In this document: piece by piece, positions 10,301-22,024 of the stretch | Position numbering within the stretch: position 1 is the stretch's first letter | How the letters are laid out: each line of letters opens with the position of its first letter | Source: Polyangiaceae bacterium | GTDB lineage: Bacteria > Myxococcota_A > Polyangia > Polyangiales > Polyangiaceae | Direction: 5' to 3' | NCBI GenBank assembly: GCA_044376115.1 | Contig: JBILLK010000036.1 | Span: 1-64,000 of the forward strand | Length of the DNA: 64,000 nt | The notes under the pieces: model-generated | Told to the model about the DNA's origin: nothing | The model's database searches: none | Seen by the model: only the letters and a program-made list of their open reading frames with translations | Made by a program: the position numbers and the translations under genes

Positions 10301-11345
10301 TCTCGTTAGCGTTGTGCACGAGGTCGTTACGCGGCGCGGACAAAGCCCGGTCGTGAAGTCGTTCGTGTACGAAGACGAGGGAGACACGCTGCCGGTTGCG
10401 CAGCGCGCCGACGCCGATTGGGAATACGTCGTAGGGGATCTCAACGGCGTGGCCGACGAAATCGTCGATGGTCGTGGCAAGCTGCTCGCCCGGGCGAGAA
10501 GGGATCTATACGGCCACACTGAATGGACCGGCCCGCGGCCCGAAGCCGGGACGAGCTTCCGCTTTGCCGGACAAATTTCTGATCCGGAGACGGGCCTGCA
10601 TTACAACCGCTACCGCTACTTCGATCCGGAGACGGGCCGCTATCTGACGCCCGATCCAATCGGGTTGGCGGGCGGATTCGACCTGTACGAGTACGGGCCG
10701 AACCCTGTCCGCTGGATGGACCCGATGGGGTGGGAGCACGGTGTCGACTTCACGCTCACAGGCGGCGGAGGTCCACGGCTGACGGGTGGACAAGACAGTG
10801 GTTATAACGCGCCTGGGGCAATCTCCGGGGCGGGATGCCCAACGGCGCTTCAGAGTCGACCACGAGCACACTCAGAGCGACGACTACTACACGAACTTGA
10901 GAACGACCCAGACACTCGAGCAAGGCTTGACGGCGCTCGACTGAACATGAAGGGAACGCTACCGCCGTGCCCTCAATGTCACCGCGCTATGCATGACTTT
11001 GCCCAGCGACACGGGACAACTGTCACATACCGGTATGGCAACGGACAATCGGTAACCTACGCTCCAGGTAGCCAACCCAACGCAACCGGGACCCACGCCC
11101 GAAGATTGGTCCATGGCGACGGCAATCCCAACACGCCGCACTACGGAGACCTCCACGGTCCACTTCGAGGTCAGCCAGGTGCGCCCACCGGAACCCATGG
11201 CCCAACCTCGGGCACCGCCGGCGCGGGCACCCGCTATGGCTGGGGTGGACACGGGTCAAACGCTGCCTATACCGCTGAAGCCGACCGTATCGATCCGACT
11301 CGTCCCGGCGCCGAGGATCGTCGCACCGGCGATGATGATGACTGA
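7347..11345 (+). CDS. rhs: Rhs/YD-repeat polymorphic toxin with a DUF6531-like N-region and a C-terminal deaminase; interrupted by two 1-nt frameshifts (~7690, ~9693)
   Basis: GDPINVATGE and GLGWGW (DUF6531-like), many YD repeats, core end GLHYNRYRYFDPETGRYLTPDPIGLAGG..LYEYGPNPVRWMDPMG, then HSE...PCPQC. ORFs 7347-7718, 7562-9718 and 9579-11345 join into one gene. Confidence 0.9.
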
Positions 11346-11353
11346 GGAGCACA

Positions 11354-13045
11354 ATGGCCAACGTTGATTGGAACAATCTGAAGCACGCCCAGGGCTCCGC
11401 CACGCAGGTTCCTCAGTTGATCCTAGACCTCGCGCGGCCGGGCCATCCCGCCGACGCGGCCTCATTTCACCTGACCGAGGCGCTGGTGCTCGGTGGGACG
11501 TGGTTACCAACCAGCGTACCGGCAGCCGAGCTGTTGCTGGATTTGCTAACACGGGCGGACTCGGAGCCAGTTCCTCGCGCTTTGCGTCTGCTCGCGGACC
11601 TCGCCTCGGCCGGGCATCTTTGGTTCTTCACGCCCGCCGCACCCGCTCGACGCAAACAGGACGCCGTCGGGCAAGCCACGCTCGCGCTTGCGCAGCGAGC
11701 CCTTCCACTCGCCCGTACGTGGCTCACGTCTCCCGAGGCCGAGCTGCGCGCGGCGGCCATCTTCTTTCTTTCGCTCGTGGAAGAAGATGCAGCCTCAGCA
11801 GCTGCGATCGCCGAACTCGCTCGCACTGAAACGACGCCGGAGCTACGCGGGGGTGCGGCTTTGGCGCTAGGTTTCTTTGCGCGGGCGGGCAACGAAGCGT
11901 CGCAGCAGGTGCTCGGTGAGCTCAGCGGCGATCGCTACCTTCGGGCTGGGGTATGGGCTGGCCGAGTGATCGCTGGGCTTCCGTGCTCGGAGCAGGAAAC
12001 CACCGCTGGCGTCGGTGCTTGGTTCAGCGATTGGAGGCCGTCGCTTTTGCCCTGGGGCTATACGAGGCCACGCGAAGTGGTGATGGTGGCTGTGCGGCTC
12101 GTGCCAAACTTTGAAGAGCTCGCGCCACCGTTGGTTCGAGCGGCGAAGCTCGGAGCGACGTGGCAAGAGTCTCGGGCGCTTTGTTCGGTAGCGGTCGACC
12201 TTGCTGGCTTCACGAAGTCTTTCGACGAGTCGGAGGTGGTTCCGGCCGCAGCGCTGTCACCGCTGCAGCGCGCTACCGCGGAGGCGCTAATCGCCCAGCC
12301 AAGTTCGCTCCGCTCGTTGGGGCATGGTCTCCCTGGCAGCAGTCGCGCGGCCGCACGCTGGCTGGGCCTCGCGGCTCCCGGACCTCTCGAACAAGTTGAA
12401 GACAGTGGCCTCATGCGTTGGCAGCGCGTGCGCTCGCTCTACGCCGCAACAGAGCCGCCCACGGCAGACGCGATCATTGCGGCATCGCTCGAGGGACTAA
12501 ACCCCACGGCGCAGCTCGAGGTAGCTACCGAACTACTGCTTGGTGCTTATCGCATCCTGATCCAAATCGACGCCAAGATATCGCCGAGCGCGTTGGGCGA
12601 ACTAGCGAAGGCAGCGGGCGACGATGGAGTGCGCTGGGCCAAGGACTTGGCTGACCGTGCCGCAGCTGCCTGGGCAGCTGAGGACACCACCTATCAACTC
12701 TCGCCCCGCGATTGGATGATGATCCTCTGTCTACTGATCGACGCCGGATTGCCCATCGAAGCAGCGTGGGAACCATTGATCACGGTGGACGCCTCGCCGG
12801 GCGCACGCAAGGTCCTGACTGCGCTGACCGACACGCAGCGCGATCGCTTGGTGCTCGATCGAGCAGCGCAGCTCGAGGAGGAGGACGACGTGAAGGCCGA
12901 CTTTCTCAACGAGCTGAGTCCGCAGCTCGATTTGCTGGGCTCAGCGACTGTGCTCAAGGCGCTGCGCGAGGTGCTTGAATCTGGAGAGGTGGCCGACCTG
13001 GTCGATGCGGACCTCGCCGAGCAACTTCGCGGGCCACTCCCCTAA
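11354..13045 (+). CDS. HEAT-repeat-like alpha-helical protein, paralog 1 (candidate immunity or accessory protein)
   Basis: GGAG RBS just after the rhs stop; N-terminal DW..LKHA.GSA.QVP.L motif; Ala/Leu-rich helical repeats. Confidence 0.7.
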   Translation: MANVDWNNLKHAQGSATQVPQLILDLARPGHPADAASFHLTEALVLGGTWLPTSVPAAELLLDLLTRADSEPVPRALRLLADLASAGHLWFFTPAAPARRKQDAVGQATLALAQRALPLARTWLTSPEAELRAAAIFFLSLVEEDAASAAAIAELARTETTPELRGGAALALGFFARAGNEASQQVLGELSGDRYLRAGVWAGRVIAGLPCSEQETTAGVGAWFSDWRPSLLPWGYTRPREVVMVAVRLVPNFEELAPPLVRAAKLGATWQESRALCSVAVDLAGFTKSFDESEVVPAAALSPLQRATAEALIAQPSSLRSLGHGLPGSSRAAARWLGLAAPGPLEQVEDSGLMRWQRVRSLYAATEPPTADAIIAASLEGLNPTAQLEVATELLLGAYRILIQIDAKISPSALGELAKAAGDDGVRWAKDLADRAAAAWAAEDTTYQLSPRDWMMILCLLIDAGLPIEAAWEPLITVDASPGARKVLTALTDTQRDRLVLDRAAQLEEEDDVKADFLNELSPQLDLLGSATVLKALREVLESGEVADLVDADLAEQLRGPLP

Positions 13046-13104
13046 GCGCTTGGCCAAAGGCCGCGAACGCACCGGCATGCGGCCGCCGTAGTAGGCTCCA
13101 GCGC

Positions 13105-14784
13105 GTGGACTGGGAAAACCTAAAGCACGCGCTGGGTTCTGCGACCCAGGTGCCCGCGCTAATCGTGGACCTCGCGCAGCCTGGTCACCCGTCCGACGCG
13201 GCGTTCTTCCATCTCACCGAGGCGCTGGTGGTCGCAGGTTCGTGGTTGCCAACCAGCGCCCCAGCAGCCGAGTTACTGCTGGAGCTGCTAACAAGACCCG
13301 ACGCAAAGCCAGTTCCCTTTGCCTTGCGGCTGCTCGCAGACGTGGCCTCGGCGGGTCATCTTTGGTTCTTCACGGCGGCCGCGCCCGCTCAACGCCAACG
13401 AGACGCCGTTGGACAAGCCACGCTCGCGCTCGCACAGCGAGCCCTCCCGCTCGCGAGGACGTGGCTCACTTCTCCTGAGGCCGAGCTGCGCGCCGCGGCG
13501 ATCTTCTTTCTTTCGCTGGTCGAGGAGGATGCCGCTTCAGCGCCGGACCTTGCTGAGCTCGCACGTACTGAAACGATACCCGAGTTGCGTGGGGGTGCGG
13601 CTTTGGCGCTGGGCCTCTATGCGCGCGCGGGTAACGAAGCGTCGAAGCAGTTGCTCGGCGAGCTTAACGGCGATCGCTACGTTCAGGCCGGGGCATGGGC
13701 CGGCAGGGTGATCGCCGGGCTACCTTGCTCGGAGCACGAGACCACCGCTGGCGTGGGTGCTTGGTTCACCGATTGGAGGCCATCGCTATTGCCCTGGGGC
13801 TACACGCGGCCACTCGAGGTGGTGATGGCGGCAGTACGGCTCGTGCCAAGCTATGAAGAGCTCGCGCCAGCGTTGGTTCGAAGCACGGTGGAAAACCCGT
13901 CCGCGATCGTGTGCAACCTTGCCGTCGACCACGCCGGCTTCACGACCTCCTTTAAGGAGTCCGAAGTGGTTCCGGCCGCCGCGCTGTCACCGCTGCAGCG
14001 TGCTACTGCGGAGGCGCTGATAGCCATCCCAGGCGCGATGCTCGGGCTCGGCCACGGCCTGCCAGGGTGCAACCGCGCTGCAGAACGCTGGCTCGGCCTC
14101 GCAGCGCCTGGACCGCTCGAACAAATCGAAGACAGTGGGCTCATGCGTTGGCAGCGCGTACGTGCGCTCTACGATGCGGAAGAACCACCCACGGCTGAAA
14201 CGATCATCACCGAGTCGCTCAAAGATCTCAGCGCCGCTGAGCAGCTCGAGGTCGCTTCCGAACTGCTGCTCGGCGCCTATCGAATCCTGATCCAAATCGA
14301 CGCAACGATATCGCCGAGCGCGCTGGCGGAGCTCGCAAAAGCCGCCGGCGACTACGGAGTGAACTGGGCCAAGGAGATGGTGGGCCTAGCCACCGGCTCG
14401 CGCGCGGAAGCTGAGAGCGTGACGCCGCTAGCACCGTCCCATTGGTTGATGATCTTTGGCTTGCTCGTCGACGCTGGCATTCCCCTCGCGCCCGGCTGTG
14501 AACGTTTGATCGTGGTCGATGCATCCGCGGAATCACGCAAGGTGCTTGCGGCCCTACCCGAGCCGCACCGCGAGCAGCTGGTGCAGGACCGCATCAAGCG
14601 ATTGGAGGGCCGGCCCGACATCCTGAAGGCGCGGTTTCTCGACCAGCTGGCACAGCTGCTCGACGTGATCTCCTCCCCCACCGTGCTGACGGCGCTCCGC
14701 GCAATGCTCGAGTCCGGGCGGGTCGGCTCGCGCGTTACCGCAGAAACCGCAGCGCGGTTGCGCGCGGGCGAGGTCCAGCCATGA
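13105..14784 (+). CDS. HEAT-repeat-like protein, paralog 2
   Basis: Collinear with 11354-13045, with long identical peptide blocks (e.g. RALPLARTWLTSPEAELRAAAIFFLSLVEEDAAS). Confidence 0.7.
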   Translation: MDWENLKHALGSATQVPALIVDLAQPGHPSDAAFFHLTEALVVAGSWLPTSAPAAELLLELLTRPDAKPVPFALRLLADVASAGHLWFFTAAAPAQRQRDAVGQATLALAQRALPLARTWLTSPEAELRAAAIFFLSLVEEDAASAPDLAELARTETIPELRGGAALALGLYARAGNEASKQLLGELNGDRYVQAGAWAGRVIAGLPCSEHETTAGVGAWFTDWRPSLLPWGYTRPLEVVMAAVRLVPSYEELAPALVRSTVENPSAIVCNLAVDHAGFTTSFKESEVVPAAALSPLQRATAEALIAIPGAMLGLGHGLPGCNRAAERWLGLAAPGPLEQIEDSGLMRWQRVRALYDAEEPPTAETIITESLKDLSAAEQLEVASELLLGAYRILIQIDATISPSALAELAKAAGDYGVNWAKEMVGLATGSRAEAESVTPLAPSHWLMIFGLLVDAGIPLAPGCERLIVVDASAESRKVLAALPEPHREQLVQDRIKRLEGRPDILKARFLDQLAQLLDVISSPTVLTALRAMLESGRVGSRVTAETAARLRAGEVQP

Positions 14785-16505
14785 ACGGCGCTCAGCCGCC
14801 GAGTGAGGCCGAGTATACGCGGGCCGCCTATCATGCTCTCGATCGGGGCGAGCTGCGACTTGCGTTCGTGCAGATCGCTGGGGCGCTCTCTTACCGGCCC
14901 AACGCACCCGAGCTGCGCGGCTTGCTCGAGGTCGCGCTCGCGCGGAGCAAACAGCCCCTGGCGTCGCTGCCGAGCAAGGGCGACGCTTTCTTTGGCGTCG
15001 GGGCGGTGCGAGCGGCCGCGCTCGCGCGGGCCGGCAAGCTCGGAGACGCAATCGTGCAACTTCTCGACGTTGTGACCTTTCGTCCAAGCGCGCCCTTCCT
15101 GCTCTGGCTCGAGGAGTGGCGGGCTCGCGGCCTGCGCGGAGTCCGTGTCGAGGACGTAGCTGCAGCCACTGCGCGTTTTCACAATGCGATCGATCGCGAA
15201 GAGGCTGTCGCGCCCGAGAACCTGGTCGCGCTGGCTGCCTTGCTGAGCACCTTGCGCAGCGAGCGACCCAAAGCAGCTGCAATGCTGTTGCGTCTGGAGG
15301 CGATCACGTTGCGCCAATTGGGAGATCTGGAGCAAGCGCAGCGGCTCGTCGATCAGCAGCTCGCGAGAGCGGAGTCCGTCGAGCTTTTGATCGAAAAGGC
15401 TGCGAACCAAAGGGCGAGTGCCGATTTTAGCGCGGCCATAACATCGCTTCAACGCGCGCAAACTCTGGCGCCGAGCGACAAGAATCTCGCGCTCGATCTA
15501 GCCGACGACTACCTGCGCGCGGGGAGGATGGAAGACGCGACGCGTCTCTACGAGGAGCTGCTCGAGTCGGCGCCGCATGCGGAGTCAGCGCTGCTTGGTC
15601 TCGCCGCGCTCCATCTGCCAAACGACGCGGAGCTGCGTGAAAAGGCGCTCGCTGCCACGGCCAACGACAAGGCGCTGCCCGAACTTGCGATGGCCCTGCG
15701 CGTCGGGCGCACCGTGCTCCCGCTTTGGGAGGATGCACTCTCGACGATGGTTGAGAATCTGGTTGATGAACTCCGCCGCGATCCGCCTGCGTCGCGCACG
15801 CTCCGAGTGCGCGTGCAGCTCGACGAACCTTTGCCTGCGTCGGCTCGCGTGCTGCTTCGAGCAGCGGCCCTCGAGCTGGGCATCGAGGCGGAACTCGTTC
15901 GGGATGGAGAAGGTTCACCACCACCACGAGCGGAGTATGTCGCTCCCTGCGACGAAACCGTCTCGCAGGTGCTCGCCCTCAAGCAAAAGGCGCTCGACCT
16001 CGATCGCTGGGGCGAGCCAGGATCAAGGCTGCCACTCGAGCAGGCTCAGCTCGCCTATGCGGCGCCAATTCAAGGCGTACCGTGCAACTTCGTGGAGCTG
16101 GAACGACAACGTCTGGCGGTGCTCGCGCTGGCCCTCCGCGGTTGTGAAAGCCCGAGCGACGAGGCCTTCGTTTGGGCGTTAGCGCTGACAACCGCGGAGG
16201 ATACCTGGGCTGCTCGTGCGGCTCTCTTGGCTCTCGGCGCCGTTGCGCGTCGATCTCCAGCGCTCGCGCCGAGGGTGGTGTCGGCCGCCAGCACCGCGCT
16301 CGCACGAGAGGACGCTCGCTCCTTGGCGGCCGCGACCGTGAAGCTGCATTGCCCGGCCGCGCAAGTAGATGCGCAAGCGCGTGGACAAGCCCTCAGCTGC
16401 GTGATTGCTGCGAGGGTTGCGGCCCAATCAGCGCGTCTCGCCAGCCGCTCGAGCCGCCAGCCTGACTTGGATTCAGCCGGGATCGATGCAACGATCCGGC
16501 GATGA
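14781..16505 (+). CDS. TPR-containing protein
   Basis: ATGA overlap with the upstream gene; TPR-like helices (LRQLGDLEQA, AAITSLQRAQTLAP, YLRAGRMEDATRLYEELL..AP). Confidence 0.7.
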   Translation: MNGAQPPSEAEYTRAAYHALDRGELRLAFVQIAGALSYRPNAPELRGLLEVALARSKQPLASLPSKGDAFFGVGAVRAAALARAGKLGDAIVQLLDVVTFRPSAPFLLWLEEWRARGLRGVRVEDVAAATARFHNAIDREEAVAPENLVALAALLSTLRSERPKAAAMLLRLEAITLRQLGDLEQAQRLVDQQLARAESVELLIEKAANQRASADFSAAITSLQRAQTLAPSDKNLALDLADDYLRAGRMEDATRLYEELLESAPHAESALLGLAALHLPNDAELREKALAATANDKALPELAMALRVGRTVLPLWEDALSTMVENLVDELRRDPPASRTLRVRVQLDEPLPASARVLLRAAALELGIEAELVRDGEGSPPPRAEYVAPCDETVSQVLALKQKALDLDRWGEPGSRLPLEQAQLAYAAPIQGVPCNFVELERQRLAVLALALRGCESPSDEAFVWALALTTAEDTWAARAALLALGAVARRSPALAPRVVSAASTALAREDARSLAAATVKLHCPAAQVDAQARGQALSCVIAARVAAQSARLASRSSRQPDLDSAGIDATIRR

Positions 16506-17281
16506 GCGATCCTCGATGGGTTCTCGGCGCGCTGCTGATCGCGAGCGCGGGCTGCGCAGCCGACGCGTCGACGCAGCCAGCGGCGGGTAGATCCCCAGGG
16601 CTTAGGCGGTCGGGCTTTTCGTCCCCACCCACCGTGGACGGCAGTCGCAAGGCTTGTTTGGATGCGCCCTACACGCCTGGCGTCGGTGCGACCTCCTTCG
16701 CCGATGGCTCGCCGGTTCGCTCGACGCGCGATGGGCGCAACTGGATGTTCGAGATCCCCGGGCAAGGCGAGCTCGGTTCAGAGGAGGCCGTCGCGCTGCT
16801 CATGCGAGCGCGTGCTCGAGGCGGCCCGTACACCTTCTTGAGCTATGGCCTCTATTGTGAAGGGCGCCCCTGTTTTTCGCTCCAGGTCAACTTGTGTGAG
16901 AGTCGGGTGGAGGAGCTCGCGAGTGGGCTCAAAGCCTTGCTGATCGCTGAGCGCGGTACCTCCACCGCGCGCATCGACGCGAGCGTCGCACTCTTGGGCG
17001 AGCTCGGGCCACGCGAGTGCGGGGCCGCTTGCGACCCAATCCCCCATGAAGGTCAACCCTATTACGACCCCGATCGCGGTCGAAAGGCCGGCGCGTTAGC
17101 GACGTACTCGGGTGGAGCCTGCACGCGCGACGCTGATTGCATGGTGAAGGGTTGCGGCAACCACTGTTTGAGCTGGGAGCAAGGCGGCGCTAACGAGGCG
17201 GCCACCTGCGAAGGCTATAGCCTGCCGCCCACCTTCTGCGGCTGCGTCGAGCGTGAGTGCGGTTGGTTCACCCAACCGTAG
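16502..17281 (+). CDS. Lipoprotein with a C-terminal eight-cysteine-cluster-like domain
   Basis: Lipobox SAGC; C..DADC...GC...C...TCE...CGCV...CGW. Confidence 0.65.
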   Translation: MSDPRWVLGALLIASAGCAADASTQPAAGRSPGLRRSGFSSPPTVDGSRKACLDAPYTPGVGATSFADGSPVRSTRDGRNWMFEIPGQGELGSEEAVALLMRARARGGPYTFLSYGLYCEGRPCFSLQVNLCESRVEELASGLKALLIAERGTSTARIDASVALLGELGPRECGAACDPIPHEGQPYYDPDRGRKAGALATYSGGACTRDADCMVKGCGNHCLSWEQGGANEAATCEGYSLPPTFCGCVERECGWFTQP

Positions 17282-17298
17282 TGGAAAGGGATTGCCCG

Positions 17299-17730
17299 AT
17301 GTCGAAGGTTGAACGCGCAGTGGTGGGTGGGCTCAACCACTTGACGTTGTCGGTGAGCGAGCTCGAACGCTCCTTTGCCTTTTACCGAGAAGTGCTCGGG
17401 CTGCGGCCGCTCGCACGTTGGGCCAAAGGCGCCTATCTGCTCGCGGGCGAAGCAACGTGGGTCTGCCTCACGCTCGACGGGGCCACACGCAGCGAACCGC
17501 TACCGGAGTATTCGCACCTTGCGTTCTCGGTTTCGGCGGCCGATTTTAATGCGCTATCGGAGCGCCTCCGCCAGGCCGGAGCACGCGAATGGCAATCAAA
17601 CTCGAGCGAGGGCGCCTCGCTCTACTTCCTCGATCCCGACGGTCACAAGCTGGAGCTGCACGTCGGGGATTGGCGCTCTCGGCTGGCGGCTTGTCGCGAG
17701 CGGCCCTTCGCCGAGATCGAGTTCTTCTAA
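17299..17730 (+). CDS. fosA: FosA-like VOC-family glutathione transferase (fosfomycin resistance family)
   Basis: GLNHLTL, ARW..GAYL, YSHLAF and EW..N.SEG.S.YFLDPDGHKLELHVGD.RSRLAACR..P match the FosA pattern along the whole length. Confidence 0.85.
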   Translation: MSKVERAVVGGLNHLTLSVSELERSFAFYREVLGLRPLARWAKGAYLLAGEATWVCLTLDGATRSEPLPEYSHLAFSVSAADFNALSERLRQAGAREWQSNSSEGASLYFLDPDGHKLELHVGDWRSRLAACRERPFAEIEFF

Positions 17731-17810
17731 CAGCCTCTGAAATGGGGGCGCTGCGTGCGGGGTGATCATGACTGCAACCGCCCGCGGCGCAATGGCGTAG
17801 GGTCGCCACC

Positions 17811-18854
17811 ATGACAGTCAAAGCCTACGCAGCCAGCAGCGCGACGAGCCCCCTCGGCCCGATCGACATTGAGCGACGTGAACCCGGCGACAGCGACGTG
17901 GAGATCCACATCCTCCATTGCGGCGTTTGCCACTCCGATCTCCATCAAGCGCGCAACGAATGGTCGGGCACGCGTTACCCCTGCGTCCCAGGTCACGAGA
18001 TCGTTGGGCGTGTGACCCGCGTGGGAGCCTCGGTCAAGAAGGTGGCCGTCGGGGATATGGCGGCGGTCGGTTGCATGGTGGACGCCTGCCGCACCTGCGC
18101 GAACTGCAAGCGCGGGCTCGAGCAATATTGCGAGTCGTTCCCTCGCTTCACCTACAACAGCGATGACGGCAAGGGCGGTTACACCTTCGGCGGCTACTCC
18201 CAGTCGATCGTTGTCGACGAGGCGTTCACCTTGAAGGTCCCGACGACGCTCGATCCCGCAGCAGCAGCGCCGCTCTTGTGCGCCGGCATCACCACCTACT
18301 CACCGCTCCGTCATTGGCAGGTCGGTCCCAACAAGAAGGTCGGTATCATCGGCTTGGGTGGGCTTGGTCACATGGGCGTGAAGTTCGCCCGCGCGTTCGG
18401 TGCGCACGTGGTGCTGTTCACGACCTCGGAGAAGAAGGTCGCTGACGGCCTGCGACTCGGCGCGCACGAGGTCGTGCTCTCGAGCGACGAAAGCGCGATG
18501 CAGAAGCACCGCTCGAGCTTCGACTTCCTGCTCGACGCGGTCTCCGCCGATCACGACATCAACGCGTACCTTCAGCTGCTCCGGCTCGACGGCACGCTGT
18601 GCCTTGTAGGCGCCCCCGAAAAGCCGTTGCCGGTCGGCGCCTTCAACCTCTTGCTTCCTCGCCGGAACTTCGCCGGCTCGGGCATCGGCGGCATCGCCGA
18701 GACGCAGGAGATGCTCGACTTCTGCGCCGAGCACGCGATCGTCAGCGACATCGAGTCGATTCAGATCCAACAGATCAACCACGCCTACGAGCGCATGCTC
18801 AAAGGGGACGTGCGGTATCGCTTCGTGATCGACATGGCCTCGCTCGCGAGCTGA
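17811..18854 (+). CDS. NADPH-dependent Zn alcohol dehydrogenase (cinnamyl-ADH/YahK type)
   Basis: CGVCHSD, PGHEIVG, C..C..C...C structural Zn site, LLCAGITTYSPL, GLGGLG and VRYRFVID. Confidence 0.92.
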   Translation: MTVKAYAASSATSPLGPIDIERREPGDSDVEIHILHCGVCHSDLHQARNEWSGTRYPCVPGHEIVGRVTRVGASVKKVAVGDMAAVGCMVDACRTCANCKRGLEQYCESFPRFTYNSDDGKGGYTFGGYSQSIVVDEAFTLKVPTTLDPAAAAPLLCAGITTYSPLRHWQVGPNKKVGIIGLGGLGHMGVKFARAFGAHVVLFTTSEKKVADGLRLGAHEVVLSSDESAMQKHRSSFDFLLDAVSADHDINAYLQLLRLDGTLCLVGAPEKPLPVGAFNLLLPRRNFAGSGIGGIAETQEMLDFCAEHAIVSDIESIQIQQINHAYERMLKGDVRYRFVIDMASLAS

Positions 18855-18891
18855 AGCAGGTCCACCAAGCTCGAGCCCAGCCGCCTTCAAC

Positions 18892-19560
18892 CTAACGCTT
18901 CGAAGACGGCGGGTTCGAGCGCTGCGGACTCATAGGCGGTAGGCCCATTGAACCATCCGCCACTGGCGGCAGGCTCCATCGCCCCTTGCTGCAGGTGGCC
19001 GTCACCCATTGGTAATTGCACTGGCCGCCGTATTGGCACTTCTTCCCCTCGCTCGCACACGCGGTCCCGCTGTCCGGGCTGTAGAACGGGCAGCCATCCT
19101 CGCGTTTGGCTTTACGATCCTCCGGTTGACAGTGCCAGACGCGCGGGCCCGGCGGCATCGGGCGAGCGGCTGCACCACTGCAGCTCGCATCGATCATCTC
19201 GTAGCACTCACACGTAAAGCCCGGCTTCACGCAGCGATTGTCGGAGAAGGAGCACTCGGCTTTGATGTCGGCAGGGCAAGCGGGCGGCTTGTCGGTCGAG
19301 AGCACGCCGACCTGGGCGACGTCGAGAGGGTCTTCCTTCACTGTCGACGTGGGCTGCGGAGTCGACGTGGGCTGCGGAGCCGCCGCCGAGCTCGTAGCCG
19401 AAGCCGTTGGCTGCTGCTGCACCACCACCGGCGCCGAACCCGTCGCCGCCGCACTCGCAGTTAGTTGAGTTACCGGTTGGTCTGCGGGCGGAGACGCTCC
19501 GCAAGCGATCGCCAGCAGCACACCCAACCCCAAGGCCACGATCAGCTTCGTCTTGCGCAC
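18892..19560 (-). CDS. Cys-rich lipoprotein
   Basis: Lipobox LAIAC, Pro/Thr linker (18-bp tandem repeat, PQPTST) and a Cys-rich domain. GTG start inferred. Confidence 0.65.
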   Translation of the reverse strand: MRKTKLIVALGLGVLLAIACGASPPADQPVTQLTASAAATGSAPVVVQQQPTASATSSAAAPQPTSTPQPTSTVKEDPLDVAQVGVLSTDKPPACPADIKAECSFSDNRCVKPGFTCECYEMIDASCSGAAARPMPPGPRVWHCQPEDRKAKREDGCPFYSPDSGTACASEGKKCQYGGQCNYQWVTATCSKGRWSLPPVADGSMGLPPMSPQRSNPPSSKR

Positions 19561-19631
19561 GCAGTTGAGGCTAACCCAAGGGGCGAGCGCGCGGCGCACC
19601 TTTGCGAACCTGCACCCTGCTACAAGGCGGT

Positions 19632-22004
<2,373 letters not shown>

Positions 22005-22024
22005 GCGGTCGCGCACAGAGGTGC

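Noticed and set aside
14352..15461. Long antisense or alternate-frame ORFs (also 30252-31373 5' part, 55774-56835, 57606-58700, 5788-6654)
   Set aside because: Shadow ORFs of high-GC coding regions with no motifs, overlapping well-supported genes.
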